Origin: Paragordius varius
Taxonomy: Eukaryota; Animalia; Nematomorpha
Assembly: GCA_964247055.1 (NCBI GenBank)
Contig: OZ176052.1
Span: 4,774,001 to 4,838,000, forward strand
Reading direction: 5' to 3'
Length of the DNA: 64,000 nucleotides
In this document: piece after piece, positions 62,716-64,000 of the stretch
Numbering within the stretch: position 1 is the first letter of the stretch
Layout: the number at the start of each line of letters is the position of its first letter
Notes under the pieces: model-generated
The model's input: the letters and a program-made list of their open reading frames with translations, nothing else
Databases searched by the model: none
Told to the model about the DNA's origin: nothing
Made by a program: the position numbers and the translations under genes

Positions 62716-63658
62716 TTAAACAGATTTTCCAATGGACTCACTGTTAACTCTCGAAGAGGTTTCGATATTAGTTTGATTGTCTTGTGCAATAAGGAGTTGT
62801 GTTTCATCATTCCCTTTGCCAGTGGGAGATGCCGGACTAGATTTATTTCGTTTTTCTTTTTTACTTTTGGTCGTGGTATTGCTTGTAATGCTTTTATTTT
62901 TGACCAATATAGGTTTTTTAGTTGGTTCTTTTTTCGTGCTTGATGAGGTTATTTCATAAATTTTGTTTTGGCTATTAGATCTTGCTTTTAAACTTAATGT
63001 GGGGGATGATACAGAGTTCCTGAGATTTTGAGAATTGCCCTTTATACCGAAATTTATTATATATCCATGGTGGTTTTTTATCACAAAATGTTTCAAAACC
63101 CTAAAATTTGGTGTTTAAACAAAATAAATTCCAAAACCAAACTGTGATAAACAGGTGATTATCAGTCTTTTACACTTTTGCAAAAAATTAAGTGCAAGCC
63201 TAACTTTTCATGCTCTATATCTCTTGTCTATTTTTTAAAGATGTTAAAATATGCCTTTTTATACATATGTTTATATTCTAAAAAGTGGCAACTTTTGAAT
63301 AAATTGTCAATGTTTCGATAGTAATAAACATCCTATTATTTATTTATCATCTGTTTATTTAAACACGCCAATTTATTTGATGGATGAACCGGAGCTATTT
63401 TGGTTTAATTTAAAAATCATTTGTATTTTGTAAAGTTTCTTACGATTTGCGGCTCTGGAATACTACTCGTCTCGTTTTCTACGTTTGTTGTGAGCGTATA
63501 ATAATTGTCACTTGCATCCATATAATTGGAATTACTTTCAACACTTTTGGGCCCTGATATCGTATTATTTGCCGGTTCTTGATTGCTTTTTTGGGGTGTT
63601 TTAGAAGTGTCCTTTGTTTCACTGTTTTCTTTTTCATCCTCCTCGTCGTCATCCTTAT
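62716..63658 (-). CDS. Exons of an unidentified low-complexity (Ser/Thr/Lys/Asn/acidic) protein, probably continuing beyond the window
   Basis: Two open minus-strand frames (63417-63686, 62716-63096) with protein-like composition. AAG acceptor at 63659 and GTAAGA donor after 63444. No family recognised. Confidence 0.5.
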
Positions 63659-64000
63659 CTTTACAAAAAAAACTTAAATAATCCATAATTTTCTCAAGTA
63701 AAACAATCTTGAACTATTATGGCTATTATGATATGGTTGATAATATATTATAGAGTTATGGCATTTATGTTGTGCCAATTCACATTTTTAACCTATTGGC
63801 AATGCAGTAGCGTATGGGTAAAAACAACAAATGGTTAAAATTAAGCAATTTTTTATACAACAATATTAAATTTTATTTAATTAAGGGAAAAATTGCTTTT
63901 ATATGATTTGCTACTGTAATACCAATGGCTAACAACAAAAAGTGCTGTGATTTTGTAACAAATTTACTTATCAAATCTGCTTTACCATGTTAAAAAAAAT

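Noticed and set aside
1-64000. rRNA, tRNA, telomeric repeats, prokaryotic or viral genes
   Set aside because: None was recognised on either strand by eye; a covariance-model scan would be needed to exclude divergent small RNAs.

Overview
Very AT-rich eukaryotic genomic DNA, most likely from a fast-evolving animal (inference from intron positions shared with vertebrate orthologues and from metazoan-type transposons), read with the standard genetic code. Five intron-containing host genes are recognisable on the + strand: a 5'-incomplete nucleoporin Nup205 (about 214-25396), RPL18A (32187-32944), primase large subunit PRIM2 (43147-46363), complex I subunit NDUFA7 (50344-50689) and the Fe-S helicase DDX11/Chl1 (54263-62206). 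Exons of an unidentified minus-strand gene lie at the right edge. The rest is transposon debris: a fold-back Penelope-like retroelement inside a Nup205 intron, a bounded hAT element with 8-bp TSD, a nearly intact RTE LINE and RTE relics, a Chapaev3-like relic and several MITE/fold-back families. The most striking feature is the splicing architecture. Ten GT-AG introns of only 21-28 nt with degenerate signals coexist with introns of hundreds to thousands of nt, and nine of the ten are the first introns of their genes. Other leads are a hammerhead-like motif in both Penelope arms that lacks exactly the cleavage triplet, and a candidate H/ACA snoRNA in an RPL18A intron. Exon boundaries were placed by eye from protein similarity and GT/AG positions; no database search or RNA data were used.
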